The notes beneath the pieces are model-generated. The model did no database searches, was not told where the DNA came from, and was given only the letters and a program-made list of their open reading frames with translations. Shown here in pieces: positions 10,049 through 20,118 of a DNA stretch of 30,733 bases (position 1 is its first letter; every line of letters begins with the position of its first letter). The position numbers and the translations under genes are program-made. The stretch covers positions 1 to 30,733 of IMG/VR virus record IMGVR_UViG_3300020438_000160; one strand, given 5' to 3'. The DNA comes from a virus (Duplodnaviria > Caudoviricetes).

Positions 10049-10555
10049 TTGATAGATCCTATCACTGCACTTTCAGCAGCATCTGTATGTTACACGACTC
10101 TTAAAAAAGCAGTAGCAGTAGGGAAAGATGTAGAAGAGATTTATCGCACTCTGTCTAAATGGGCAGGACACATTGAAGATGTAAAAGAAGTAATCTCTCA
10201 AGAGAAAAATAAGCCAGGGATATTTAAAACATTAACCTATAAGAGATCAGCAACTCAAGAAGTATTTGATAGCATTATTGCAGAGGAAAAGATTCGTGAG
10301 CAAGAAAAATATATTCGAGAGTTCTTCACTGCAAACTGGACAGCAGATTGGGGAGGGCTTAACGGCTATCGAAAGTTTATTAAAATGCGGAGAGAGATTA
10401 AGAAAAGAAGAGAACGAGAAGTTTATAATCAGATGCGAAGAAGGAAGAATTTTTTATATAACACCAAGATGGGAGTTGCTGTTGGAAGTTTAGTTTTACT
10501 TTTAATTTATCTATCTCACTTTTTATGGACAGCAATAGTGGAGGCAAGTAAATGA
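10049..10555 (+). CDS. Phage protein with C-terminal transmembrane helix
   Basis: TTG start after GGAG; MIDPITA N-terminus, basic coiled-coil-like middle, hydrophobic GVAVGSLVLLLIYLSHFLW. Confidence 0.65.
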   Translation: MIDPITALSAASVCYTTLKKAVAVGKDVEEIYRTLSKWAGHIEDVKEVISQEKNKPGIFKTLTYKRSATQEVFDSIIAEEKIREQEKYIREFFTANWTADWGGLNGYRKFIKMRREIKKRREREVYNQMRRRKNFLYNTKMGVAVGSLVLLLIYLSHFLWTAIVEASK

Positions 10556-10764
10556 TTAGTGTAACTTTTACAATATGGATGGCTACTTTAGTACCACATG
10601 TAGATCAATACTATTGTAAGTTACAGTGGATAGAAAGAGACTTATGTACTTATTGGTGTGCTAATACTAAAAGAGGGTTTAATTGGTTTGAACCAAAAAC
10701 AGATAAGGGTTGCAAAAGAAGAAAGAAGTTTTATAAAGCAAGTAAAGGAGAAGAAGTTGCTTAA
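10552..10764 (+). CDS. Small Cys-containing protein with hydrophobic N-terminus
   Basis: ATGA overlap with the upstream gene and GGAGG upstream; 70 aa, four Cys, basic C-terminus. Confidence 0.55.
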   Translation: MISVTFTIWMATLVPHVDQYYCKLQWIERDLCTYWCANTKRGFNWFEPKTDKGCKRRKKFYKASKGEEVA

Positions 10765-11215
10765 TTTATTAACAGGACTATTACCTATTGGAGAAAAGTT
10801 AGTCGAAAGATTAATACCAGATCCTACTGCTCGTGCTAAAGCTATGAAAGAACTTAAAGCTATGGAGCAAAAAGGAGAACTTGCTAAATTAGAAGCTGAG
10901 TATGCTGATAGAGATTCAGCTAGAAGAAGAGAAACAGCTATTGCTACTAGTGAAAATGCTAGTTGGTTAAACAAATGTGTTACCCCATTACTTGCACTAG
11001 GTACAGTAACAATGTCTTTTGCTTTATTTTTAGTAATTATATTTGCAGATGTAGATGTAAACTCAGGTGCTAAAGATATTTTAGTATATGTATTAGGTGC
11101 TTTAAACTCTGCTACTACAATGGTATTAGCATATTACTTTGGTAGTAGTGTAGGTAGTAAACAAAAGTCAAATGAACTAAACGATATATTAGATAAGAAA
11201 GAACCAAGAATATGA
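10757..11215 (+). CDS. Holin-like membrane protein (GTA 3TM-holin-like)
   Basis: Start moved to TTG 10757 with AAGGAG RBS. LL..LLP...KL...LIPDP N-terminus, DRDSARRRE, two hydrophobic helices, YYFGSS.GSK.K end; near the endolysin. Confidence 0.65.
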   Translation: MLNLLTGLLPIGEKLVERLIPDPTARAKAMKELKAMEQKGELAKLEAEYADRDSARRRETAIATSENASWLNKCVTPLLALGTVTMSFALFLVIIFADVDVNSGAKDILVYVLGALNSATTMVLAYYFGSSVGSKQKSNELNDILDKKEPRI

Positions 11216-11415
11216 AGGGAGTATTAATTACTAATACTATAAATTTATTACAAGCAAAAGCTACACAACATAAATTAAATATAAGTTTGTTATTAGATAA
11301 TCAAGTAACTATACCAGAGCATACAGATATAACAGAGGCAATATTAGCAGAGCTTAAATTACTAGCAGAGTATAAAGATCAACTAGAAACTTTTAAAAAA
11401 TATTATGATACATAA
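11212..11415 (+). CDS. Hypothetical phage protein (67 aa)
   Basis: ATGA coupling to the upstream gene; helical, with IPEHTDITEAI..EL..LAEY.DQL pattern. Confidence 0.6.
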   Translation: MKGVLITNTINLLQAKATQHKLNISLLLDNQVTIPEHTDITEAILAELKLLAEYKDQLETFKKYYDT

Positions 11416-11791
11416 CATTAATTGGGGTAAATACTTTACCGAAGAAGAATTTAAATGTAGATATACAGGTAACTGTAATATGGATCAATACTTTATTGAC
11501 CAGTTAAATAAACTTAGAGATATATATGCTAAACCTATTACTATAAGTTCTGGATATAGAGATCCTACTCACCCTATTGAAGCTAAGAAAAAAACTCCAG
11601 GAGCACATGCTAGTGGTATGGCTTGTGATATTTCAGTTAGAGGGGCTGATGCTCTAAAGATTATTCACATAGCATTAGAGTTAGAGTTTACTGGTATTGG
11701 TGTAAATCAAAAAGGAAGTGGTAGGTTTATACATTTAGATATATTAAATGGTACACCTCAAAGACCTAGACCTACTATTTGGAGTTACTAA
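11405..11791 (+). CDS. Endolysin, peptidase M15A family (Zn D-Ala-D-Ala peptidase fold)
   Basis: F...EFKC, ISSGYR, H-x6-D (HASGMACD) and FIHLD zinc-ligand motifs, GIGV. Confidence 0.88.
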   Translation: MIHNINWGKYFTEEEFKCRYTGNCNMDQYFIDQLNKLRDIYAKPITISSGYRDPTHPIEAKKKTPGAHASGMACDISVRGADALKIIHIALELEFTGIGVNQKGSGRFIHLDILNGTPQRPRPTIWSY

Positions 11792-11985
11792 TGAACATCG
11801 AGCATGGAAAACAAATACTAGATGGTTTATCAATGGCAACAGTAGTAGGAGCATTAGTAGATGTTCTTCCTGCACTAGCAGCTATATTCACTATTGTATG
11901 GACAGGGATTAGGATATACGAAACTAAGACTGTACAAAAGTGGTTAGGCAAAGATAAAAAACGAATAATTGTTGAAGACGAGTAA
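11791..11985 (+). CDS. Small membrane protein, possible holin
   Basis: Start at ATG 11791 (TAATG overlap, GGAG upstream); hydrophobic ATVVGALVDVLPALAAIFTIVW followed by IRIYET and a charged tail; next to the endolysin. Confidence 0.6.
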   Translation: MNIEHGKQILDGLSMATVVGALVDVLPALAAIFTIVWTGIRIYETKTVQKWLGKDKKRIIVEDE

Positions 11986-11990
11986 AGACT

Positions 11991-14057
11991 ATGACTATGA
12001 GACAACAAGTTAGATTAAGTAAAGAAAGAGATGATAGAATATTTAGAAGTATCTTAGGTTATCCTGAAGATGCACCTTTATCTGACCCTGCTAAAAAACA
12101 ATTCTTAGCATCTAATCCCTCTAAAGAAATGTTATATGCATCTACTATGAAAAGAATAGAAGAAGGATTACAGGCAAGAAGAGGAGGTGTTATAAAATTA
12201 AATCAAGGGGGTGCTCCTACTCCTCCTGCAAAAGCTACTGCTGAAGAAATACAAGCAATAGGAAGAGAAAAGCTAGGTAGAGATTTTAAAGGAGGTGCAG
12301 GTGGAGGTTTAGAATTTTATAAAGACTATACTGCAGATCAAGTAAGATCTATGGTAGGTGCTTCTGAAGAGGCTTCACAGTTTAGTAAAAAGCAAAGAGG
12401 TATTCCTGAACAACCTAAACCAGAACCTGTACAAGCAAAAACAATACAAGCTACTCCTGAACAAGATGTAAAGTTTGACCCTGTAACTTTTCAAACAGCA
12501 ACAGGTACTACTGCAAAAGGTGCAGAAGATCAAAAACAAATTGATCCTAGAGAGGCTTCTAAAATAGACCCAACTAAAGCAGGTACTGAAGTTGCTAAAG
12601 AGGCAGAGAAACTAAAAGCTATTCAAGGTGAAGTTTCTAACGAAGCAATAGCACAAGCTCAAACTGTAAATGCTACTGAGACTGCTATAAAAGATGCACA
12701 GGCATCTAAGATTGCTCAAGCAGTACAGATAGACAATGTACCTAAGAGACAAGTACAAGCAGAAGAAATGATTGATGGGCCATCAGTTAAGATGGCTAGG
12801 GTTGAAGAGCAAATAGATAAAGTTAAAGCTGCACAAGCAGGAGTAGACCCTAAAGCTACGATACAAGGTCAGTTAAATGAGTTGTATCAAAACTTTGAGA
12901 CAGGTAATCCCCCTGCATGGGCGGCAGCTAGTATGCGAAATGTTACAGCTATACTTAATCAAAGAGGTATAGGTGCATCTAGTATGGCAGGACAAGCAAT
13001 AATACAAGCACAAATGGAAGTTGCTTTACCTATTGCACAACAAGATGCACAAACAATAGCTAATTTAAATATACAGAATCTTAGTAACAGACAACAGGTT
13101 GCTATAATAGGTGCTGAACAAAGGGCAAAGTTTTTAGGTCTTGAGTTTGATCAAGCATTCCAAACTAAAGTAGCTAATGCTTCTAGAGTTGCTGACATAG
13201 CTAATCAAAATTTTAGTGCTGAAGTTCAAGTTACTTTAGAAAATGCTAAGATGGCACAGACTGTAGACTTAACTAATCTAAGTAATGATCAAGCTATTAC
13301 TATGGCAAAGGTTGCTCAGATGGCTAACCTTGAGACTACTAACTTAAATAACAGACAACAATCTGCTGTACAAAATGCACAAGCATTCTTACAGATGGAT
13401 GTAGCTAATTTAAATAATGCACAACAAACTGCATTGTTTAAATCTGAGAAAACTATACAGGCTATGTTGACAGACCAAGCTGCTGAAAATGCTGCCAAAC
13501 AATTTAATGCTAGTAGTGAGAATCAGGTTAATCAATTTTATGATTCTTTAACATCTCAAATATCTCAGTTTAATATTACACAAAAAAATGCATTAGAAAG
13601 ATTTAATGTAGAACAAACCAATGCACTAGAGTCATTTAATGTACAACAAAAAAATGCACAAGAACAATTTAATTCTAGTAATGGTTTAGTTATTAGTCAG
13701 GCTAATGCAGAGTGGAGAAGAAATATAGCAACTGCTAATACTCAAATAGATAATCAAGTTAATCAATTTAATGCCACACAAGCTATGGGAATAACTATGA
13801 GAGACTATGAAGGTATGTGGCAAGAGTATCGAGATAAAATGGCATTTGCATTTGAAAGTGCTGACAATGAAGCTGATAGATATACACAAATGGCTATAGC
13901 AACTATGGGTGCTGATGCTGATATAGAAGAAGCAAAACTAGCTTTAAAAGCAGGTAATCAAAAAGCCGCAGGAGGTTTTGTTGAAAAAGTATTTGGAGGT
14001 GTAGTAGAAAGAGGAGTTAATAAAGCAGTAGATTACATTGGAAGTTTATTCCCTTAA
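11991..14057 (+). CDS. Internal virion (ejection) protein, Q/A/N-rich
   Basis: 688 aa, helical low-complexity LxNRQQ and QFNA repeats, PPAWA motif; first of the large genes at the end of the structural arm. Confidence 0.65.
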   Translation: MTMRQQVRLSKERDDRIFRSILGYPEDAPLSDPAKKQFLASNPSKEMLYASTMKRIEEGLQARRGGVIKLNQGGAPTPPAKATAEEIQAIGREKLGRDFKGGAGGGLEFYKDYTADQVRSMVGASEEASQFSKKQRGIPEQPKPEPVQAKTIQATPEQDVKFDPVTFQTATGTTAKGAEDQKQIDPREASKIDPTKAGTEVAKEAEKLKAIQGEVSNEAIAQAQTVNATETAIKDAQASKIAQAVQIDNVPKRQVQAEEMIDGPSVKMARVEEQIDKVKAAQAGVDPKATIQGQLNELYQNFETGNPPAWAAASMRNVTAILNQRGIGASSMAGQAIIQAQMEVALPIAQQDAQTIANLNIQNLSNRQQVAIIGAEQRAKFLGLEFDQAFQTKVANASRVADIANQNFSAEVQVTLENAKMAQTVDLTNLSNDQAITMAKVAQMANLETTNLNNRQQSAVQNAQAFLQMDVANLNNAQQTALFKSEKTIQAMLTDQAAENAAKQFNASSENQVNQFYDSLTSQISQFNITQKNALERFNVEQTNALESFNVQQKNAQEQFNSSNGLVISQANAEWRRNIATANTQIDNQVNQFNATQAMGITMRDYEGMWQEYRDKMAFAFESADNEADRYTQMAIATMGADADIEEAKLALKAGNQKAAGGFVEKVFGGVVERGVNKAVDYIGSLFP

Positions 14058-14070
14058 ATTAGGAATGTAA

Positions 14071-14313
14071 ATGAAAAGATATATTAAAAAATTAGAGAAG
14101 GCTGTAGAAGATATAATGGAAGGTAAAGAAGTTAAAAAACCTAAAGAAGAAAAACCTAAAACAAAAGGTTTTATGTCTCCTACAAAACCTAATCAAAAGA
14201 CAGATATAGAAGGCGATGAAAAAGACATTATAAAAAAGATGGCAGGATTCATTGCTGATATTCGTAAACTAAGAATGGAATTAAAAAATGGCAGAACTAA
14301 AGATAAGTCCTGA
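14071..14313 (+). CDS. Hypothetical protein, K/E-rich
   Basis: AGGA RBS, 80 aa, in the operon. Confidence 0.55.
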   Translation: MKRYIKKLEKAVEDIMEGKEVKKPKEEKPKTKGFMSPTKPNQKTDIEGDEKDIIKKMAGFIADIRKLRMELKNGRTKDKS

Positions 14314-14848
14314 AATGTTACAGGGGGCAGTCCCTGGTATGTCTCTAACTTCAGAGCCTCAACAGTTTCCTTGGGAAGTTCCTACTCAAATAACTACTGT
14401 GGAAGAGGCTATTGAATACTATTCTGAAAGATTAATGGAAGACGAGGATGTTGAAGATGCTCTTCTAATGGCATTAGATAATGGAGTATCTATTGAAAGA
14501 CTAGCCGAAATGCTAACTGTATCTGCAACCATGAATGGTGTACATAATCTAGATGTATCATTTTTAATTAATCCTTATGTAAGAGAGGTAATGAAATTAA
14601 TTGCTGAAGGTGCAGGGCAAGATTATGTAGACTCATATTCTAATGCTAAAAAAGAAAAACGAATACCGTATCGACTTGCGAAAGAAGTTGTTAAAGAAGT
14701 ATATGAAGAAAAAGAAGCTGTACCTGAAGAAACTATTATAGCTCCTCCTATGAAAGGATTAATGGCTAAACCTGTAGGAGAAGCAGTAGATTTAACCGAA
14801 GAGCCTGTTGAGGACATAGAAACTCCCACAGAAGAGGAGGAAGTATAA
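14288..14848 (+). CDS. Acidic virion-associated protein
   Basis: PGMSLT.EP...PWE.P motif, acidic tail, TAATG coupling to the next gene. Confidence 0.6.
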   Translation: MAELKISPEMLQGAVPGMSLTSEPQQFPWEVPTQITTVEEAIEYYSERLMEDEDVEDALLMALDNGVSIERLAEMLTVSATMNGVHNLDVSFLINPYVREVMKLIAEGAGQDYVDSYSNAKKEKRIPYRLAKEVVKEVYEEKEAVPEETIIAPPMKGLMAKPVGEAVDLTEEPVEDIETPTEEEEV

Positions 14849-15996
14849 TGGGTATATCATCTTTTGCAGCAGGGTTTCTTGAGTCAGCAGCTGAAAGAAT
14901 TGATACTAGAGAAAAAGAAGCTAGAGAAGTAAATAGACTTAAAGCTGAAAAACAATTAAAAGATTTTGCTGAAGCTACTAAAATAAAAAAAGCAAAGAGA
15001 TTAGAATTTAAAAATAATGTACAGCAAATAGAAAGAGCATTGACCTCTACAAAGAAAAGTCTTTCTAGTACAGCAATCATATCTATAGCTACTGACAAAA
15101 CTAGAATGACACAGTTTTTAAATTTAGCAAAAAGTAATCCTCAAGAACTAGACCAATATATTAAGGCTGATGAAGATCCAAACTTAACATTAGCACAACA
15201 AGTAGAATTAGCTGCTGAAAGAGCTACACCTGATGTAGCACCTATGATGGAACAAAGTGCTAGATATTTTGGATTACCATTAGGAGATACTGGTGCTCCT
15301 ATAGAGGCAGGAGCTGCGGCGGCAGGTGTAACTGAAGAACAATTTAAAGCAGGACTAGCACCTACTGTACCTACTGCACCAGAGTTTAAAGAAGATTTGG
15401 CTGTGGCACAACGAACTACTTTTAATAAAACTCAAGATCAAGCTCAATTACGAGTAGTTAGTTTAAGAAATCAATTAAAAGATGCTAAAGAAAGTAACAA
15501 ACCAGATATTCAATCTGAACTAGAAGAAGCAGAAAAAGGTCTTGCTTTCATTAACTCTGTTAAAAAAGGTGGAACAGGTGGTGAGCAATCAGTATCAAAC
15601 TATAATAGTTTATATAAAGCTGCATTTAAATCTATTGCAGAAGGGATGGATACTAATGTAACGAAAGGTATAATAAAAAGTACAAATAAATATGGAGAAC
15701 CCTATATTCAATTTGCTTCTCAAGCAACTTCAGAAAATAGAAAAGCTCTTATTAAGAGTAACTTAGAAAAATTAGATGCTGTAATTTCTAATTCAAGTTT
15801 CTTGAAAGATCCAAGCAAAGATTGGTATGACAAAAAAACATTAGAAATAAATGAAGAAAACTTTTATCCTTTAGCATACAGTTCTTTAATAGCTAATGGA
15901 GGAGATTTAGTTAGGTATTTACCTAATGCTTCTTTTAGCCCTGTAAAAAGTGAAAATGTATCAGGTAGATTTACTCCAGGGTCTCAAGTAAATTAA
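14848..15996 (+). CDS. Putative internal virion protein
   Basis: MG.SSFAAGF N-terminus and helical composition; lies immediately before the largest virion gene. Confidence 0.55.
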   Translation: MGISSFAAGFLESAAERIDTREKEAREVNRLKAEKQLKDFAEATKIKKAKRLEFKNNVQQIERALTSTKKSLSSTAIISIATDKTRMTQFLNLAKSNPQELDQYIKADEDPNLTLAQQVELAAERATPDVAPMMEQSARYFGLPLGDTGAPIEAGAAAAGVTEEQFKAGLAPTVPTAPEFKEDLAVAQRTTFNKTQDQAQLRVVSLRNQLKDAKESNKPDIQSELEEAEKGLAFINSVKKGGTGGEQSVSNYNSLYKAAFKSIAEGMDTNVTKGIIKSTNKYGEPYIQFASQATSENRKALIKSNLEKLDAVISNSSFLKDPSKDWYDKKTLEINEENFYPLAYSSLIANGGDLVRYLPNASFSPVKSENVSGRFTPGSQVN

Positions 15997-18900
15997 ATGG
16001 CTAAATTTAAATACAATATTGCAGGAGGTGTTTTAGAAGTTGATCAGGAACTAACTGATGAACAATTAAAACAATTTGAAAGAGATATAATACAAAGACA
16101 AAAAGATAGTGATTTAGTAAACCCTATAGATTTAGAGATCCAATCTGAAGAGCAACAAGAACAGCAAGAACAAATTCCTACTAGTCCTTTTGAAGGAGAT
16201 ACAAAAGAGTACGATAAAATTTTTAATGAAGCAGGAGAGTTATATAATGTAAGTCCTTCTTTATTAAAAAGCATAGCTAAAATAGAATCTAATTTTCAAA
16301 CAGATGCTGTAAGTGATAAAGGTGCTCAAGGTTTAATGCAAATTATGCCAGACACAGCTAAAGCACTTGAAGAAAAATATAACATTAGAGTAGACCCTTA
16401 CGATCCTAGGTCGGCTATACTTGGTGCTGCAGCTTTAATGAATGAAAATTTAGATAGATACAATGACGATCTAGGCAAAGCATTAGAAGCATACAATGGT
16501 GGCCCTTCCCTTGTAGGAAAAAGTAGTCAGACTGCTGATTACAGAGACAAAGTTTTAAATCTTTTAACTCCACAACAACCTACTCCTACTACTCCAGAAT
16601 ATAAACTGACTGACCCTGAACCTATTGCTGAAAAAAAAGAATTAGTAGGTAAAGAAATTTCAAAGAAAAAAGAACTGTCTGAAATAAATTATAAAGACCT
16701 TTATAAGGATGCTGACTATTATAACTTTATAGAAGATTATATGGAAGTTAGATTTGGAGAAAAAGGCAAACGACAAAAAGAAGAAACAGCCAAAGAATAT
16801 GTAGATCGTTTTGCAACTCACATGCGAAATGTAAACTTTAATAACTACGACTTAGGTAAAGAAGCACTGTGGACTAGTCAAGCTGATAGAGAAGCTAAAA
16901 GAAAAGCAGGATATGCTTTTGAAGTATGGAATGCTGTACCTGCATTTGACGATAATAAATTTAAAGCTGCTAAAGATATAGGAGTAGCTATTGTATCTGA
17001 CCCAACTACATACTTAGGATTTGGTGTTGGTAAAGTTAGTCTTATGATAGTAGGAAAAAATGCTAGTAGAGCAGCAAGAGTAGCATTAAAACAAAGGGCT
17101 AGAAAACCAGGTGCTCCTGCCAAATCTTTAACAGGAGAAAAGATATTAGATAAAATAGAATCAAGAGCAAGACTTACAGGTATATCTCTAGGTGCGGCTG
17201 CTGAAGGCACTATAGGTGTATCATCAGCAACACTAGATGAAAAGTTAGCTGTATCTCAAGAACGACAAACAGAAATAAACAAAACAAACATAGCTATTAA
17301 TACAGGAATAGCTACTGTGTTTGGTGGTTTGTCTGCTTACCCTGCTGTTAATTACAGAGTAGCAGGTGCAGAAGATGTTAAAAAAGGAAAGTTGTTTGAA
17401 AAAGTGTCTGCTTTAAAAACAGTAGAAGACTACAACAAAATGATAGGGGGCAAAAAAGTAAAATTAAATAAAGAAGAAAATAATTATATCAAAGCCCTTG
17501 ATACTCAAGTCAAAGAAATAACAAATTCTTTAGATGTAGAAAAAGGAAATAAGTTATTAAAAGGTTTATCTACTGAAATTTTTGGTGTAGAAGGAAATGA
17601 TTTACTTAGTTTAAAAGTAAGAACTGACCTTATAAAAAAATCATTTGGTATAGCAGGAAGAATTATACAAACAGACTACAAAACATATGGCCCTAATGCT
17701 TTTCTTAAAAAAGCAGAAAAAGATAGAATAGTAGGAGGAAAAAAATACAAAAAAGGAGAGTACATACCTCACAGAGATGCTATTACAGAAGCATTAACAA
17801 ATGTAGTTAGGACACTAGATGAATTTGATGATGCTACTTTAGATAAAGCAGCTAAACTTTCAGGAACAAATGCAAAAGAATTTAATGAAACTATATATAA
17901 AAATATAATTCCTATTTTAGAAAAAAATAATATAGGTTTAAATGAATTAGGAGACTTACAAAAAGCTACTCTTAGTGAAGCAGGTAGAACAATGGCACAA
18001 GCATCTATTGTATCTAGAAGATTAAAAAAAATGATGGAAAGAATGGGTCAACTAGACCCCGATGCTAAAGTGTTATTAGATAAAGTTAATCGAGTTGAAA
18101 ATAATTTAAATCCTTTAAACTTTGGATGGGTAAAATGGCTTACTAAACAAGAAAGAAAAACTAAAGTGCTGGTTACTAGTGCATTATCTACTACTGTTAG
18201 AAATGTAATAGGTACAAGTGGTGCTATCGGTATGAACATGGCTGCAGATTTAATGGAAGCAGGAATATACTCTTTAACTAAACCTCTTTCATATATTACA
18301 AATGGTAAAGTTCCTCCCCTAGGAAATCAGTATAGCCTTACTCAAAGTATTAAAAATAATTTTGAGTTATTAACTAGTATGACTAGGTATGGAATGACAT
18401 CTGAAATAACCGATGCAATATTAAAAGACAATCCTTTACTAAAAAACAAATTAGTAGGTGCTTTACAAGAAACAGGAACAGAAGACTTAGGTAAAAGTTT
18501 AAAATTTATTTCAGGCTTAAACCTTACACAAGATGCTTTCTTTAGAAAAACTTTATTTGTAAGTTCTATAAAGAAAAGATTGCAAGAAACAGGTACAAAT
18601 TTAAATGACTTTCTTTCTAAAGATGTACCAATACCGACAAGTATATTACAAAAAGCAGCAGACGATGCAATGACTTTAACATTTACATATCAACCTAAAA
18701 TGAGAAGTGTTGATATTAGTAAATCAGGATTAGAAGGTACTGCGGAAGGAATTGCATATCATTCTGTAAAATTATTAGAGAATTTACCAGGAGGTTCTTT
18801 AGCAATAACATTTCCCAGATTTATGGCAAATGCGTTAGCTTTTCAATATAGATACTCTCCTTTCGGAGCTACATCAGGGGCTATAGATATGCTAGGGGGA

Positions 18901-20118
18901 GTACTAAAAAATGATACTGCTTTGTATAGACAAGGAGTACAAAATCTTTCTAAAGGTACAGTAGGAATGATGATGCTAACAAGTGCTATAGCTCATCGTA
19001 AAGAAGTTTTAGACAATCCTGATACTGCAGGAACTCCTTGGTACAGTATGATTAATGAAGATGGTTCTACATTTGATTTAAGACCTATATTTCCTATAGC
19101 TCCATACTTTGCAATAGCAGATTACTTAGTTAAATCAGATTTAGTAAATAGGACGGGTGTGTATCTAGGTCTTATTAATCCTAATGACCCAGACCAAGTA
19201 AACAGAGAACTAGAAAGAAGAGGAGAAGGAGATTATTCTTGGAAAGAATCATTTGAAGCTATAGTAGGAATGAAACTTCCTGCAGGTACGCAAGGATATT
19301 TAGTAGATAAAATGTTAAAAGCTACTGAAGATTCTAGAGCAGCAGATGATTTTTCTGTAGCTGTTGCAAAAACAATATCTGACTTTTTTGGAAGAGTTAT
19401 ACAACCTGGAAAACCTTTGTTTGATTTTCTAAGTCAATTTACTGAAGAAGGAACTGTAGCTAGAGATCCTAATTATGTAAATGTATTAGACGATAAAGAA
19501 AATAGAATAGGGGACACAGAAGTTTCTAAATCAACATTATCTGCATTTAACAGAACAATAAATAAATTACCCTTTGCTAAAGAAATACTACCAGAATCAG
19601 TAAACTATTTTAGAAAACCTCCACGAGATAGACCTGATGCTTTTTTTAATAACTTTACTGGTGTAAATGTATCTCCTAAATTAAATAGAATTGAAAATGA
19701 AATAGCAAGACACGAAATAAAACCATGGAGGATGTTTCCAAGATCAGGTCAAAGAGAGTTTGATCATGCAGTTATAAAAAACTCTTATGAAGTAGTTGCA
19801 GAAAGTTTAAATGCTGTTATAGAACTTGATTTGTATAAAAAAGGAACATATAATCAAAGACAAAATTTATTGGCAACAGGTTTAAAAGATGCAGTAAATC
19901 ATGCAAGAGAACTTACGATGGCTAGGGCTGAATTTACTAAGCACAGAGAAATGATACACAGACAAACTTATTTAGGTCTTAGTAGAAGAGAGAAAAGAGA
20001 AATAAGAGAGGCTTATGCACAAGAGAACGAGGGTGCTAATTTAGAAAAAACAAGAGATTGGAGTTCTATTTATCAATACATGGATAGATTACAAGCCTAC
20101 ACATTTGATATATATTAA
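15997..20118 (+). CDS. Large internal virion protein with lytic transglycosylase (SLT) domain
   Basis: 1373 aa; IAKIES (catalytic Glu), AVSDKGAQGLMQIMPDTA and ALEAYNGG SLT motifs at about 16210-16560; analogous to T7 gp16. Confidence 0.85.
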   Translation: MAKFKYNIAGGVLEVDQELTDEQLKQFERDIIQRQKDSDLVNPIDLEIQSEEQQEQQEQIPTSPFEGDTKEYDKIFNEAGELYNVSPSLLKSIAKIESNFQTDAVSDKGAQGLMQIMPDTAKALEEKYNIRVDPYDPRSAILGAAALMNENLDRYNDDLGKALEAYNGGPSLVGKSSQTADYRDKVLNLLTPQQPTPTTPEYKLTDPEPIAEKKELVGKEISKKKELSEINYKDLYKDADYYNFIEDYMEVRFGEKGKRQKEETAKEYVDRFATHMRNVNFNNYDLGKEALWTSQADREAKRKAGYAFEVWNAVPAFDDNKFKAAKDIGVAIVSDPTTYLGFGVGKVSLMIVGKNASRAARVALKQRARKPGAPAKSLTGEKILDKIESRARLTGISLGAAAEGTIGVSSATLDEKLAVSQERQTEINKTNIAINTGIATVFGGLSAYPAVNYRVAGAEDVKKGKLFEKVSALKTVEDYNKMIGGKKVKLNKEENNYIKALDTQVKEITNSLDVEKGNKLLKGLSTEIFGVEGNDLLSLKVRTDLIKKSFGIAGRIIQTDYKTYGPNAFLKKAEKDRIVGGKKYKKGEYIPHRDAITEALTNVVRTLDEFDDATLDKAAKLSGTNAKEFNETIYKNIIPILEKNNIGLNELGDLQKATLSEAGRTMAQASIVSRRLKKMMERMGQLDPDAKVLLDKVNRVENNLNPLNFGWVKWLTKQERKTKVLVTSALSTTVRNVIGTSGAIGMNMAADLMEAGIYSLTKPLSYITNGKVPPLGNQYSLTQSIKNNFELLTSMTRYGMTSEITDAILKDNPLLKNKLVGALQETGTEDLGKSLKFISGLNLTQDAFFRKTLFVSSIKKRLQETGTNLNDFLSKDVPIPTSILQKAADDAMTLTFTYQPKMRSVDISKSGLEGTAEGIAYHSVKLLENLPGGSLAITFPRFMANALAFQYRYSPFGATSGAIDMLGGVLKNDTALYRQGVQNLSKGTVGMMMLTSAIAHRKEVLDNPDTAGTPWYSMINEDGSTFDLRPIFPIAPYFAIADYLVKSDLVNRTGVYLGLINPNDPDQVNRELERRGEGDYSWKESFEAIVGMKLPAGTQGYLVDKMLKATEDSRAADDFSVAVAKTISDFFGRVIQPGKPLFDFLSQFTEEGTVARDPNYVNVLDDKENRIGDTEVSKSTLSAFNRTINKLPFAKEILPESVNYFRKPPRDRPDAFFNNFTGVNVSPKLNRIENEIARHEIKPWRMFPRSGQREFDHAVIKNSYEVVAESLNAVIELDLYKKGTYNQRQNLLATGLKDAVNHARELTMARAEFTKHREMIHRQTYLGLSRREKREIREAYAQENEGANLEKTRDWSSIYQYMDRLQAYTFDIY

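Noticed and set aside
10658-10756. N-terminal extension of the holin-like ORF, resembling a nested spanin arrangement
   Set aside because: TTG 10757 has a clear AAGGAG RBS, the extension overlaps the 70-aa gene, and neither frame has a lipobox.
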